Program-made: the position numbers and the translations under genes
Source: Pseudomonadota bacterium
GTDB taxonomy: Bacteria; Pseudomonadota; Gammaproteobacteria; JAKAQQ01
Assembly: GCA_027320085.1 (NCBI GenBank)
Contig: DAHVLZ010000017.1
Span: forward strand, 1-50,826
Length of the DNA: 50,826 nt
Reading direction: 5' to 3'
Part shown: positions 16,455 to 26,141 of the stretch, in pieces
Layout of the letters: each line of letters begins with the position of its first letter
How positions within the stretch are numbered: position 1 is the stretch's first letter
Notes under the pieces: generated by a model
What the model saw: only the letters and a program-made list of their open reading frames with translations
Told to the model about the DNA's origin: nothing
Database searches by the model: none

Positions 16455-17425
16455 GGACGGAGGACCAGTCGGGCCTGCTCGGCAATCAAGCGGACGGTTC
16501 GAAGCGGCACCTCGCCGATAACCGTGAAGGAGAACCCGCCGATCTTCCGCCCGAAGGCCGAAACCGGCCCCATCCGGGCGGGACCCGACAACGCGGGGAA
16601 GCGGGCACCCAGCGGGTGGATGAATACCGATACTGTAGCGAGTCCGTCGCTCAGGAGGACATGGCGGATGGGGCCTGGAGCGAGTGACGTCGTGTTCTCG
16701 ATCACGCGGAATCCCGGCGGGATCCGGCCGAAGATGCACTGCGGGATTAAAGACTGCCGGGTTTTCGGGAGCGGAATGGGGGGGATGTGGGGGGGGATGG
16801 CATGCCAGGCCGCGGGCGGATACCAGTCAATGGTCACGAACATCATCTGCTCGATGATCTGCCCCATCGCGTTGAGCAGGTCGGAGCGCAGGGGAAAGCC
16901 GTTCCGGGAATCGATCCAGAGCCGATAGCCGTAGCGATAGCGGTCCAGGGGTCGGACGACGATAATCCGGGCGATGTGGCCCGCCACCCGGCCCAGGCGC
17001 GACACCGGGATGAACCGGTATTCCCGGGCCAGATCCCGGCGGAAGTGTTTTCGGAACCCGATCCAGTTCTGCGGCAGGCCGGTATAGCTGCCCAGAACGT
17101 GCATCATGCGCACCGGGTGCCCGCGCAGCAGAAACAGGAGACGATGACCGTTTTTGAGAAGCTCGCGCGGGGGTCCATTCAGCGTCCGGATCCGTTCCCA
17201 TCCCCCGTAGCGGGCCACACCATGCGTGACCGAAATGGACTTGAGCATGTCGTTGTGCTGGAAGACCAGGATCCCCCGGTAGTTGACCGAGAGCAGGACC
17301 TGTTGCATGCGCAAGAGGGCCTGTTCCGGTCTGAACGGGGGGAGTGGCCGGGCTGTGGCCGTCGCGAGCACGAGGAGCCCGAGGCCGAATCCTCCCGACC
17401 AGCGGCTGCAGGACGCAGTCGTCAC
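16451..17425 (-). CDS. rseB: RseB/MucB periplasmic negative regulator of sigma-E
   Basis: NYRGILV, LNGPPRE, PLDRYRYGYRLWID..GFPLRSDL, SDGLATVSVFI, TVIGEVP; GTGA overlap with rseA. Confidence 0.93.
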   Translation of the reverse strand: MTTASCSRWSGGFGLGLLVLATATARPLPPFRPEQALLRMQQVLLSVNYRGILVFQHNDMLKSISVTHGVARYGGWERIRTLNGPPRELLKNGHRLLFLLRGHPVRMMHVLGSYTGLPQNWIGFRKHFRRDLAREYRFIPVSRLGRVAGHIARIIVVRPLDRYRYGYRLWIDSRNGFPLRSDLLNAMGQIIEQMMFVTIDWYPPAAWHAIPPHIPPIPLPKTRQSLIPQCIFGRIPPGFRVIENTTSLAPGPIRHVLLSDGLATVSVFIHPLGARFPALSGPARMGPVSAFGRKIGGFSFTVIGEVPLRTVRLIAEQARLVLRP

Positions 17426-18024
17426 GGGTGCCGCTGCCGCCAACGTTGTCCCCGGCCCGAGACGGCGTAGTTGTAGGCCGCAATCCTCGAATAGGCCATG
17501 GTCGGGGTGGCCGAGATGGAGGCGGCATGGAGCATCCAGTATGTCGTGAGCTGACGGCGCACCGCCCGCGAGGATACGCTCCACGAAACCGAGCGGACCC
17601 GGCCATAGGACGGGGAGACCAAAGCCGTCGCGCGGGTCTCCGGGAAGACCGGGGGCGGCCGGGTCAGACCCATCCGCGACCCATCCTCACGCAACCCGAC
17701 GGCCAGAACCACCGCCAGGGACAGCGCGAAAGCGCCCCGCCAAGCCCAGAGCCCGGGCAGACGTCCGCCCTGCGATCTCAGTCGCCTCCGTTCCGGCACC
17801 GGGGGGAACCCGCGCTCGCCCACCCACTCCCGGAGCCGCCACTCCTCGCTATGCAGGATTTCACGGATGAGGCTGTAGCGGGACAACGACCGGCCGGCAT
17901 CCGGATGCATCCGGAGGGTCTCGAGCAACCCCGCGCAGTCGATCTCCGTCAGTTCCCCATCCAGGAACGCGGACAGGGATTCCCCGCACGCGGACCCGGT
18001 TTCCGATTTCAGTCCTTTCATCAT
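17422..18024 (-). CDS. rseA: Anti-sigma-E factor RseA/MucA
   Basis: ESLSAFLDGEL, RYSLIRE, one TM segment, C-terminal L..Y...H; between rpoE and rseB. Confidence 0.85.
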   Translation of the reverse strand: MMKGLKSETGSACGESLSAFLDGELTEIDCAGLLETLRMHPDAGRSLSRYSLIREILHSEEWRLREWVGERGFPPVPERRRLRSQGGRLPGLWAWRGAFALSLAVVLAVGLREDGSRMGLTRPPPVFPETRATALVSPSYGRVRSVSWSVSSRAVRRQLTTYWMLHAASISATPTMAYSRIAAYNYAVSGRGQRWRQRHP

Positions 18025-18620
18025 GAGTCCCCCCCCCCGCCCAGAAGCGGTTCCAAACGGCTGTTGATGGCTTCCCGTGCCCGGAAGATCCGGGAACGGA
18101 CTGTCCCGATCGGACAATTCATGGTTTCGGCAATATCCTCGTAACTGAACCCTTCGACCTCCCGGAGCAGGATGGCCATCCGGAGATCGGGTGCGAGTTC
18201 TTGAATGGCCTGGACAATCACTTGGCGCATCTCCTCCGAGATCAAGAGTGCTTCGGGCGTCTCGAGTGACTGCAAGCCTTCCAGGCTATTTGCAGCTTCA
18301 TGGTCACCATCCTCCACGAGCGCGGATTCCTGGCGCTTGGCCTCAAGCGCCCGCTGGTTTTTCGAGGCATTGATGGCAATCCGGTACAGCCAGGTATAAA
18401 ACGCGCTGTCTCCCCGGAAGGACCGGATCGACCGGTACGCCCGCAGGAAGGTTTCCTGGGTAATGTCAAACGCCAGATTGGCATCGTGCACATATCGGGT
18501 AATGAACTTGTAAATCCGGTATTGGTACTTCCGAACCAAAAGATCGAATGCCGTCCGGTCTCCGGCTTGAACCCTCGCCACCAGCACCTGATCATTGTCG
18601 GCTCTCGGTCCGGGACTCAT
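18021..18620 (-). CDS. rpoE: ECF sigma factor RpoE/AlgU
   Basis: AFDLLVRKYQ, QETFLRAYR, FRGDSAFYTWLYRIAIN, CPIGTVRSRIFRARE. Confidence 0.97.
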   Translation of the reverse strand: MSPGPRADNDQVLVARVQAGDRTAFDLLVRKYQYRIYKFITRYVHDANLAFDITQETFLRAYRSIRSFRGDSAFYTWLYRIAINASKNQRALEAKRQESALVEDGDHEAANSLEGLQSLETPEALLISEEMRQVIVQAIQELAPDLRMAILLREVEGFSYEDIAETMNCPIGTVRSRIFRAREAINSRLEPLLGGGGDS

Positions 18621-18644
18621 GACAGAGGGACCCCGGTCACGTAA

Positions 18645-18671
18645 TATGACCGTTCGGAAGCAAAAGAGTTC
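18645..18671 (-). promoter_or_regulatory. Sigma-E-type autoregulatory promoter of rpoE
   Basis: Minus strand GAACTC (18671-18666), 16 nt, TCATA (18649-18645); fits the RpoE/AlgU consensus GAACTT-N16/17-TCnrA and lies 24 nt upstream of the ATG. Confidence 0.7.
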
Positions 18672-18799
18672 GCCCCCCTCTCTTCCGGCGGATCCGTGAT
18701 CGGTGGACGCAACCGAAGCTCATGCCCCGCCGGGGAAATCTGCGGAGATATGGATTTCATATGGAAGATCAGCCGCTTGCCCGGCTCCCGTGACCGGCC

Positions 18800-19369
18800 T
18801 CAGGATTTCCAAAGGGTTTTCCGATAATAAGAGAGTTCGTCAATCGAGTCCAGGACGTCGGCCAGGGCCGTGTGTCGGCTTTCCTTGCTCAAGCCCCCGA
18901 GTACAGACGGACTCCAGCGTCGGGCCAGTTCCTTCAAGGTCGACACGTCCAGGTTGCGATAATGGAAATAGGCCTCGAGCCGGGGCATCCAGCGGGCGAG
19001 GAAACGGCGATCCTGGCAGACGCTGTTGCCGCACATGGGGGAGGCCCCTTCCGGGACCTGGCCGGCCAGAAAATCCAGGGTCAGACGCTCCGCCTCCGCC
19101 TCCGTGCAGTGGCTGGCACGAACCCGCTCGGTGAGACCGGAGGACCCGTGATGCTGGCGGCACCAGGCCCCCATCCCGGCGAGCACGGACTCCGGCTGGG
19201 CAATGGCCAGCACCGGACCCTGGGCGATGATTTCAAGATCCGGTCCCGTCACGACGGTCGCAATTTCGAGAATGCGGTCCTCAAGCGGATCGAGCCCGGT
19301 CATCTCGAGGTCGATCCAGATGAGACGCAGTGATCGCTGTCCCGGCCCGCCTCCGGCGGGCTCGCTCAC
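18800..19369 (-). CDS. orn: Oligoribonuclease
   Basis: [46 protein letters not shown]; GTG start overlapping the HIT stop. Confidence 0.96.
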   Translation of the reverse strand: MSEPAGGGPGQRSLRLIWIDLEMTGLDPLEDRILEIATVVTGPDLEIIAQGPVLAIAQPESVLAGMGAWCRQHHGSSGLTERVRASHCTEAEAERLTLDFLAGQVPEGASPMCGNSVCQDRRFLARWMPRLEAYFHYRNLDVSTLKELARRWSPSVLGGLSKESRHTALADVLDSIDELSYYRKTLWKS

Positions 19370-19710
19370 CCCGGCGGCCATCCGAGAACCCGTCCGGACA
19401 AGAGGTGGAGATGCAGGTGGGATACGGTCTGTCCTCCCCACGGGCCCGTATTGATCACGAGACGGTAGCCACTTTTCGCGAGACCCAAACTCGCTGCAAG
19501 GTCTCGGGCCCGGAGCAACCAGTCTCCTGCCACATGGGGTTGCACCCCCACCCATTCGGCCAGCGAGGCCACATGCCGCTTCGGGATGAGGAGGACATGC
19601 ACGGGAGCCACCGGGTGGGCGTCATGAAAGGCGATGAAGTCAGGATCTTCATCCACGATTTTTGCCTCCAGCTCATGTCGGGCGATCCTACAGAACACAC
19701 ATTCGTTCAT
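19366..19710 (-). CDS. hinT: Histidine triad nucleotide-binding protein
   Basis: [47 protein letters not shown]. Confidence 0.93.
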   Translation of the reverse strand: MNECVFCRIARHELEAKIVDEDPDFIAFHDAHPVAPVHVLLIPKRHVASLAEWVGVQPHVAGDWLLRARDLAASLGLAKSGYRLVINTGPWGGQTVSHLHLHLLSGRVLGWPPG

Positions 19711-19743
19711 GGCGCACAAGCCTCCCCTCGGGCGCGGGGCCCG

Positions 19744-20346
19744 TCACTCATAGTTCCGCCTTCCCTGAATGGCCTGGACCAGCGTATGACCATCCAGATA
19801 CTCGAGTTCACCGCCCATGGGGATCCCCTGGGCGATCCGCGTTGATGGAATGGAACGAGCCCGGCACAGGTTGGCGATGAAGTGGGCAGTGGCCTCCCCT
19901 TCCACGGTCGCATTGGTCGCGAGGATGACCTCCCGGATTCGTCCCTCGGCCAGGTGTGTGACCAGAAGGTCGAGTCCGATGTCCTCCGGACCGACCTGGT
20001 CGAGCGGTGACAGATGCCCGTAGAGAACAAAATAGGTGCCGCGGTAGCTCGCGGTGTTCTCGAGCGCGATCACGTCCGCCGGCGTTTCCACCACGCAGAC
20101 CTGACTCCGATCCCGTGATGCCGAACGGCAGATCGTACAAAGCGCGTCCTCGGCATACATGCGGCACGACTGACACAACTGCAAGCGGTCGAGCGCCTCG
20201 CTCAAGGCCCGGGCCAGGCGCCGCGCCCGTTCTCCCTGGTCGTTGATCAGGGCGAGCGTCAGCCGCTGCGCCGTGCGGGGACCCACGCCGGGCAGTTGCC
20301 TCAGCGCTTCGGTCAAATGCTCAAGCGGCGCTGGCATCACTTTCAT
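19744..20346 (-). CDS. recR: Recombination mediator RecR
   Basis: LPGVGPRTAQR HhH, C4 zinc finger, VVETPAD, EVILATNATVEGEATA Toprim, GGELEYLD. Confidence 0.97.
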   Translation of the reverse strand: MKVMPAPLEHLTEALRQLPGVGPRTAQRLTLALINDQGERARRLARALSEALDRLQLCQSCRMYAEDALCTICRSASRDRSQVCVVETPADVIALENTASYRGTYFVLYGHLSPLDQVGPEDIGLDLLVTHLAEGRIREVILATNATVEGEATAHFIANLCRARSIPSTRIAQGIPMGGELEYLDGHTLVQAIQGRRNYE

Positions 20347-20379
20347 GGCCGGGGCCGGATCCGAGGATCCGCTCCACTC

Positions 20380-22011
20380 CTACTCATGTTCCGCCCCCCC
20401 CGCCCCCTCGGGCGTCACCGAACCGGGCTGGATCTCGAAGCCCAGTCCGAGGAGCTCCTGGACGCCGGGATTCCGTTCGAGGGTTTCCCGGGCCTCCTGG
20501 CGTTTCGCTTCACGAACCGCTTCCTCGTGATGTGCCGGCGTCGGCCCTTCCGCCGGACCGGTCTCGAAAACGATATGCACAGCCTCCCCTTGGGCCTCCC
20601 GGAGTGCGGCTTCGATCCGGCCTTTGAGCTGTTCAGTGAGCACGGTCTCCATCCCGACGGGCAGACAGAGCACGAGTTCGCGGTCGGCGAACCGGCGGCA
20701 GACGGACTGGTTCAGAACCTCTCGGGCAACACCTCCCAACGTGAGCCGGGACACATAGCGGGGCCAGTTTTCCGGAGACAAGGGAACGGGGGAGCCGGCC
20801 GGGGCCGAATCGCGGGCGCTCCCGGGGGGGGCATCCGGCGCGGGGAGGCGCTCCGCAAGCGGGGGGCGGGGAGCGGGAGGATGAGCGCCGGACGACGGCG
20901 GCCGAAAACTCAACAGGCGGATGCACGTCATGTCAAATGTCATCCGCGGATCGTCGACTGCCCGGATCTCCTCGAGTCCGCGGCGGACGATCTCGTAGTC
21001 CAACTGGAGGTCGAGTGGATCGACACGTGTGAGCAGATCCTCCCAGCGCGCCAGGTCTCCGGCACGAACCCTGAGACCTGCCCCCCACTCCTGCCGGGCC
21101 GCCAGTTCGACGAAGCGGCGACCCATGGACTCGAGGATTCCCGCATAATCCGGCTCAAGCGCGTGCAACGTCTCGAGGAGTGCCCCCAGGCGGTGGGGAT
21201 CACGTTCGAGTACCGCAAAGACCAAGGCATCGAGCTGCTCGGGAGCCAGGGTGCCCAGGATTTCCACCACATCGCTTTCCCGGATGCACCCCCCCCCATA
21301 GGACAGGGCGAGATCCAGGAGGCTCAGTGCATCCCGGACGCTGCCCCCCGCAGCACCGGCCAGGAGATCGAGAACCAATGGATCGGCGTCCACACCCTCC
21401 GCCCGGATCACCTCCGCCAAGTGGGCGGCGATCCGCTCCGACGGGACACGCCGCAGGGCAAAACGCAGGGCACGGGACTGGATCGTCGCCGGCACCTTCT
21501 CCGGTTCCGTCGTGGCCAGCAGAAAATAGACATGGTCGGGCGGCTCCTCCAGCGTTTTCAGGAGGGCATTGAATGAGTGGGCCGACAGCATGTGCACTTC
21601 ATCGATCAGGTAGACCCTGAAACGACCACGGGTTGGCAGGTAGGGAACATTCGCGAGGAGTTCCCGGGTCTCCTCGACCCGGGTCCGCGAGGCGGCATCG
21701 ATTTCGAGAAAATCCGGGAAGGATCCGGCATCGATCGCCTGGCAGTGGGCACAGGTTCCGCAGGGCTCCGCGGTCACCCCCCCCTCGCAGTTGAGTGCCT
21801 TGGCGACCAGCCGGCCGAGGGTCGTCTTGCCGATCCCCCGGGTTCCCGAGAACAGAAGGACTGGATGCAGCTGTTTTTTCCGCAGGGCATTCTGCAGGGC
21901 ACGCACCACGGGTTCCTGGCCGATCAGCGCCTGGAAGGAACGGGGTCTCCATTTGCGGGCCAGTGGCTGGTGAGCCACCGGGGCGGACCCCGCAGTTTCC
22001 ACCGGCGTCAT
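20380..22011 (-). CDS. dnaX: DNA polymerase III subunit gamma/tau
   Basis: [16 protein letters not shown], CxxC zinc site, [22 protein letters not shown], Pro-rich linker, C-terminal domain. Confidence 0.96.
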   Translation of the reverse strand: MTPVETAGSAPVAHQPLARKWRPRSFQALIGQEPVVRALQNALRKKQLHPVLLFSGTRGIGKTTLGRLVAKALNCEGGVTAEPCGTCAHCQAIDAGSFPDFLEIDAASRTRVEETRELLANVPYLPTRGRFRVYLIDEVHMLSAHSFNALLKTLEEPPDHVYFLLATTEPEKVPATIQSRALRFALRRVPSERIAAHLAEVIRAEGVDADPLVLDLLAGAAGGSVRDALSLLDLALSYGGGCIRESDVVEILGTLAPEQLDALVFAVLERDPHRLGALLETLHALEPDYAGILESMGRRFVELAARQEWGAGLRVRAGDLARWEDLLTRVDPLDLQLDYEIVRRGLEEIRAVDDPRMTFDMTCIRLLSFRPPSSGAHPPAPRPPLAERLPAPDAPPGSARDSAPAGSPVPLSPENWPRYVSRLTLGGVAREVLNQSVCRRFADRELVLCLPVGMETVLTEQLKGRIEAALREAQGEAVHIVFETGPAEGPTPAHHEEAVREAKRQEARETLERNPGVQELLGLGFEIQPGSVTPEGAGGAEHE

Positions 22012-22051
22012 GGCTTCGACTCGCCGACGGGGCAGGAAACACCCGGCATCC

Positions 22052-22141
22052 TGGCGGAGAGGGTGGGATTCGAACCCACGATACGGTTACCCGTATACAC
22101 ACTTTCCAGGCGTGCTCCTTCGACCGCTCGGACACCTCTCC
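22052..22141 (-). tRNA. tRNA-Ser (anticodon GGA)
   Basis: GGAGAGGTGTCCGAGCGGTCGAAGGAGCACGCCTGGAAAGTGTGTATACGGGTAACCGTATCGTGGGTTCGAATCCCACCCTCTCCGCCA; 90 nt with long variable arm, TTCGA T-loop, G discriminator and encoded CCA. Confidence 0.98.
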
Positions 22142-22263
22142 ACACAACCGCTGACGGGGAACCCCTGTGCTCCCGGGCTCCCCTTCCCGTCTCGCCCGGG
22201 GCTTTGTGACCGCCGGACGCCGGATGGCGAGATCCGGATTCCTCCCTCACGGGACGCCGTGAC

Positions 22264-22527
22264 TCAACCGCCCCCCGTTCCGGGATGGGACGCCATGAGT
22301 CCCGGGGGGACAATCGGGCATCCCCTGCCGGAGGAGGGATTTTTGGCCTTGATCTCCGGGATGCGATAACGACCGGACGGCAGGACGGAGACCCCGCGAG
22401 CGCGGAGCCCTGGCGCCGGCTGAACCCGCGGCGGATGGTGGGGCACAGGACAGGCGACCCCGGCACAACCCGCAAGCAGAACCAGGCAACCCAGAACGAC
22501 CAGACTTTTCGAAATACGGTCAGGCAA
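22264..22527 (-). CDS. Small Pro-rich lipoprotein at the bamC (nlpB) position
   Basis: TTG start with GGGGAG RBS, 4 nt after the dapA stop; lipobox VLLAGC; two further Cys and a YRIP motif. Confidence 0.65.
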   Translation of the reverse strand: MPDRISKSLVVLGCLVLLAGCAGVACPVPHHPPRVQPAPGLRARGVSVLPSGRYRIPEIKAKNPSSGRGCPIVPPGLMASHPGTGGG

Positions 22528-22531
22528 TGCG

Positions 22532-23431
22532 TCATCTCCCCATGCTGGATCCGGCCCGGCCGATGTCCAGCCGTTCCAGAGTTTTGCGAACCCGCTCCTG
22601 ATTCCTCTCGGAGAGGGTCACGAGTGGCAACCGGATGCCCCCGGGTATCCACCCCATCTCTTGAAGGGCCCACTTGACCGGGACCGGGTTCGACTCGATG
22701 AACAAGACGTCGTTCAGGGACACGAGCGATTCTTGCACCTCCCGCGCCTCGGACCACTCGCCCCGGAGCGCATGGGTCACCCACCGGGCCATCCGGTCCG
22801 GCACCACGTTCGCGGTGACCGAAATCACCCCGGCTCCACCCGCCTCGATGAAGTCGAGTGCCGTCCCATCGTCACCGCTCCAGTAGCCGAAATCCGGCCC
22901 ACACACCTCCTGGAGTGCCCGCAGGCGCTCAACTCCCGGCAGGGCTTCCTTGATCCCCACGATGCCGGGAACCCGGCTCAGGCGGGCCACGGTCTCGGGC
23001 AGGAGATCGCAGGCGGTGCGGCTCGGCACATTGTACAGGATGATCGGAACCGAAACCGATCGGGCCACCGCTTCGAAGTGGCGGAACTGACCCTCGGGGC
23101 CCGGCTTGTTGTAGTAAGGGGCAACGAGCAGACAGCCGTCGACGCCGAGCTCCGCCATACGGCGGGTCAGCTTGAGGGTTTCGTCGGTGGCATGCGTGCC
23201 GCTGCCGGCAATCACCGGGATTCGTCCCCGCACCCGTTTCAGCACCGCCTCGACCAGGGCCACCTTCTCGACCGGCCGCAAAGTTGCACTTTCCCCCGTG
23301 GTGCCGGCGATCACGAGTCCCTGCGTGCCGGAGGCGAGATGCCATTCAACCAAGCGGTCAAGACTTGTATAATCAATCTGGCCGTCTTGGGCCATGGGGG
23401 TGACCAACGCCACCAAACTACCCTGGAACAT
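22532..23431 (-). CDS. dapA: 4-hydroxy-tetrahydrodipicolinate synthase
   Basis: GTTGES, PYYNKP, LYNVPSRT, GIKEA, SGDD, ESNPVPVKW. Confidence 0.98.
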   Translation of the reverse strand: MFQGSLVALVTPMAQDGQIDYTSLDRLVEWHLASGTQGLVIAGTTGESATLRPVEKVALVEAVLKRVRGRIPVIAGSGTHATDETLKLTRRMAELGVDGCLLVAPYYNKPGPEGQFRHFEAVARSVSVPIILYNVPSRTACDLLPETVARLSRVPGIVGIKEALPGVERLRALQEVCGPDFGYWSGDDGTALDFIEAGGAGVISVTANVVPDRMARWVTHALRGEWSEAREVQESLVSLNDVLFIESNPVPVKWALQEMGWIPGGIRLPLVTLSERNQERVRKTLERLDIGRAGSSMGR

Positions 23432-23542
23432 GGCTCACACACGCCTAGGGAGGACGCTATTGAACTATCTTAAACGTTTAGGGAGAGACCGCTCAAGTCC
23501 CGCCCGATCGGGATCGGTCCGCAGAACCGAGAGGCCGCGTCC

Positions 23543-24073
23543 ATGAGGCAGGTTTTGGTGTTGAACGCGATGGGCCCGAACCAGCCTGCCCTTCTGCCGG
23601 ATCTCACCCGTTATATCCTCGAATGCGGCTGCAACATCGTGGAAAGCCGCATGTCGGTCCTGGGAGCCGAATTTGCCTGCTTTCTCCTGATTTCGGGTGC
23701 GTGGGATGCGATTGCCCGGCTCGAAAGCGGCAGCAAAAAGATGGAGCGCAAGCTGCAGGTGACACTCACCCTGCAACGCACGACCGAGCGCCCACAGATC
23801 AAGGAAATGACCCCGTATGCCGTCGACGTGGTCTCCCTGGACCAGGAGGGAACCCTGTTCAACCTGACCAGCTTCTTCACCGAACGGGAGATCACCGTCT
23901 GCGAACTCAGTTCCCGGACTTACGTGGCCAGTTACACCGGTGCCACCATGATGGCATTCCAGATGACGATTCTGGTTCCCGCCTCGCAACCCATTGCCCA
24001 CCTCCGGGAGGAATTCACCGACTTCTGTGACAAACTGAACCTGGATGCCATCATGGAACCCGTGAAATCCTGA
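23543..24073 (+). CDS. gcvR: Glycine cleavage system regulator (tandem ACT domains)
   Basis: GCNIVESRM, SGAWDAIARLE, DQEG, LREEF.DFCDKLNLD; divergent from dapA and upstream of bcp. Confidence 0.9.
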   Translation: MRQVLVLNAMGPNQPALLPDLTRYILECGCNIVESRMSVLGAEFACFLLISGAWDAIARLESGSKKMERKLQVTLTLQRTTERPQIKEMTPYAVDVVSLDQEGTLFNLTSFFTEREITVCELSSRTYVASYTGATMMAFQMTILVPASQPIAHLREEFTDFCDKLNLDAIMEPVKS

Positions 24074-24079
24074 GTCCCC

Positions 24080-24550
24080 ATGCCCGACCCAGAGCAGATT
24101 CCGGACTTTGACCTCCCCGCCCATCCCGGAGGCCGCCTCCGTTCCGGCGATCTCCGGGGCCACCCGATCGTGCTTTACTTCTACCCCAAGGACAGCACTT
24201 CCGGATGCACGGTGGAGGCCATCGAGTTCACGGCGCTCCACGCCCGGTTCCGGCAGCTCGGTGTCGGGATTGCCGGCGTCTCACGGGATTCACTCTCATC
24301 CCATGAAAAGTTTGCCCTGAAGTACGCGATTCCCTTCCCCCTCCTGGCCGACACGGAATCCGTGCTCTGCCGGGCCTGCGACGTCATCCGTGAGAAATCA
24401 CTGTATGGACGGAAATACCTCGGCATCGACCGCAGTACATTCTTCTTCGATGCCGAAGGTCGGCTGCGCGCGGTTTGGCGGAACGTCAAACCCCGGGGGC
24501 ACGCCCAGGCCGTACTCGAGCGGGTGATGGCGACCCGGGCGGCACCCTGA
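24080..24550 (+). CDS. bcp: Peroxiredoxin BCP/PrxQ
   Basis: LYFYPKDSTSGCT.EA, GVSRD, SHEKF, GIDRSTF. Confidence 0.95.
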   Translation: MPDPEQIPDFDLPAHPGGRLRSGDLRGHPIVLYFYPKDSTSGCTVEAIEFTALHARFRQLGVGIAGVSRDSLSSHEKFALKYAIPFPLLADTESVLCRACDVIREKSLYGRKYLGIDRSTFFFDAEGRLRAVWRNVKPRGHAQAVLERVMATRAAP

Positions 24551-24557
24551 ACGCTTC

Positions 24558-25982
24558 ATGACGCGACCCGGAAAACGCCTCTGCATCCTGGACACGAACG
24601 TCCTGATGCACGATCCGGCCGCGCTCTTCCGCTTCCACGAGGACGACCTGTTCCTGCCCATGGTGGTGATCGAGGAACTGGATGCCGCAAAAAAGGGGTT
24701 GAGCGAGGTGGCGCAGAACGCGCGTCAAGCCAGCCGCTTCCTTGAACAAGTGATCCACGGTGCCACCCAGGACGCCATCCACCGGGGATTGCCGCTCGAA
24801 ACCTTCTCCCTGAGGTCGGGATCCACTTCCGCCAATGGGTCCCGGAACGGCGCACGGGGGCTGCTGTTCCTCCAGACCGAAACCCTGATTGAGCCCTTGC
24901 CCCTCGAGCTGCCGGGCCATCATCCCGACCACGCGATCCTCGCGCTCTGCCTCGCCCTCGGCAAACGCCAAACCCACCATTCGGTCACCCTGATCACCAA
25001 GGATGTCAACCTGCGCATCAAGGCGGCTGTTCTCGGCGTCCGGGCGGAAGACTACGCCAGCGATCAGGTGCTCGAGGATCTGAGCCTGCTGGAAAGCGGG
25101 ATGCGAAGCCTGCCTGCGGATTTCTGGCAGACCCACAGCGAGCGGGTCGAGTCGTGGAACCGCGAGGGCCTCACCTACTATGCCGTGGAAGGCCCTCTCG
25201 TTTCCGGATGGTTCCCCAACCTGTGCCTGTACGGGGGCGGGGAAAGTCCGATCGAGGCTTTGGTCCGCGAGACGGATGGACAGCGGGCGGTCCTCGAACT
25301 GGTCCGGGACTTCCGCACTCCCCACGCACCCGTCTGGGGCATCCACGCCCGCAACCGGGAGCAGAACTTCGCCCTGAACCTCCTCCTGCATCCGGACCTC
25401 GATTTCGTGACCCTCCTGGGACCGGCCGGCACCGGCAAAACCCTCATGACGCTGGCCGCCGGTCTCCAGGAAACCCTGGAACACAATCGCTTCCGGGAAA
25501 TCATCATGACCCGCATCACCGTCCCCTTGGGCGAGGACATCGGCTTCCTGCCCGGAACGGAGGAGGAAAAAATGACGCCCTGGATGGGGGCCCTCCTCGA
25601 CAACCTGGAGGTTCTGAGCGGCTCCTCGGGGGGCGGCAGCTGGGGACGCGCCGCCACCCAGGATCTTTTGGCCCAACGCATCAAGATCAGGTCCCTGAAC
25701 TACATGCGGGGCCGGACCTTCCTCAACCGTTACGTCATCATCGACGAAGCCCAGAACCTCACGCCCAAGCAGATGCGGGCGCTCATCACCCGGGCCGGGC
25801 CTCACAGCAAGATGATTTGTGTCGGCAACATTGCCCAGATCGACACTCCCTATCTCACCGAGACAACCTCGGGTCTCACCTATGTGGTCGACCGCTTCAA
25901 GAGCTGGTCGTATTCCGGTCACATCACCCTGTCCCGGGGCGAACGATCGCGCCTTGCCGATTTCGCGAGCCAGTCGCTATGA
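24558..25982 (+). CDS. PIN domain plus PhoH-family ATPase
   Basis: LDTNVLMHD (PIN), TKDVNLRIKA, GPAGTGKT, IGFLPG..EEKM.PW, RGRTF, IIDEAQN. Confidence 0.93.
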   Translation: MTRPGKRLCILDTNVLMHDPAALFRFHEDDLFLPMVVIEELDAAKKGLSEVAQNARQASRFLEQVIHGATQDAIHRGLPLETFSLRSGSTSANGSRNGARGLLFLQTETLIEPLPLELPGHHPDHAILALCLALGKRQTHHSVTLITKDVNLRIKAAVLGVRAEDYASDQVLEDLSLLESGMRSLPADFWQTHSERVESWNREGLTYYAVEGPLVSGWFPNLCLYGGGESPIEALVRETDGQRAVLELVRDFRTPHAPVWGIHARNREQNFALNLLLHPDLDFVTLLGPAGTGKTLMTLAAGLQETLEHNRFREIIMTRITVPLGEDIGFLPGTEEEKMTPWMGALLDNLEVLSGSSGGGSWGRAATQDLLAQRIKIRSLNYMRGRTFLNRYVIIDEAQNLTPKQMRALITRAGPHSKMICVGNIAQIDTPYLTETTSGLTYVVDRFKSWSYSGHITLSRGERSRLADFASQSL

Positions 25983-26141
25983 GCCGGAAGATTCCCCGCC
26001 CCCCATTCTGCAAGCGGGAGCCTGTGTTACCATAAAAGTGGACATAATGAAACGATTTCGACCACGCGATGTTCCCGGGGAATCCGGAGAGCCGGCCCCC
26101 GATCAACGACCCAACAAATAGCCTTCGCAGGAGCGACGAAC

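Noticed and set aside
20820-20835. Programmed -1 frameshift in dnaX producing the gamma subunit
   Set aside because: No A-AAA-AAG or long T tract; the C8 run is not followed by a nearby -1 stop (about 65 codons open) or an obvious stimulatory stem.
22012-22141. tRNA-Ser as an integration site
   Set aside because: No integrase and no duplicated tRNA 3' end were noticed; dnaX begins 40 bp downstream.
24558-25982. PIN-PhoH protein as part of a toxin-antitoxin system
   Set aside because: No small antitoxin gene lies upstream (bcp ends 7 bp before it); this fusion is a common stand-alone gene after bcp.
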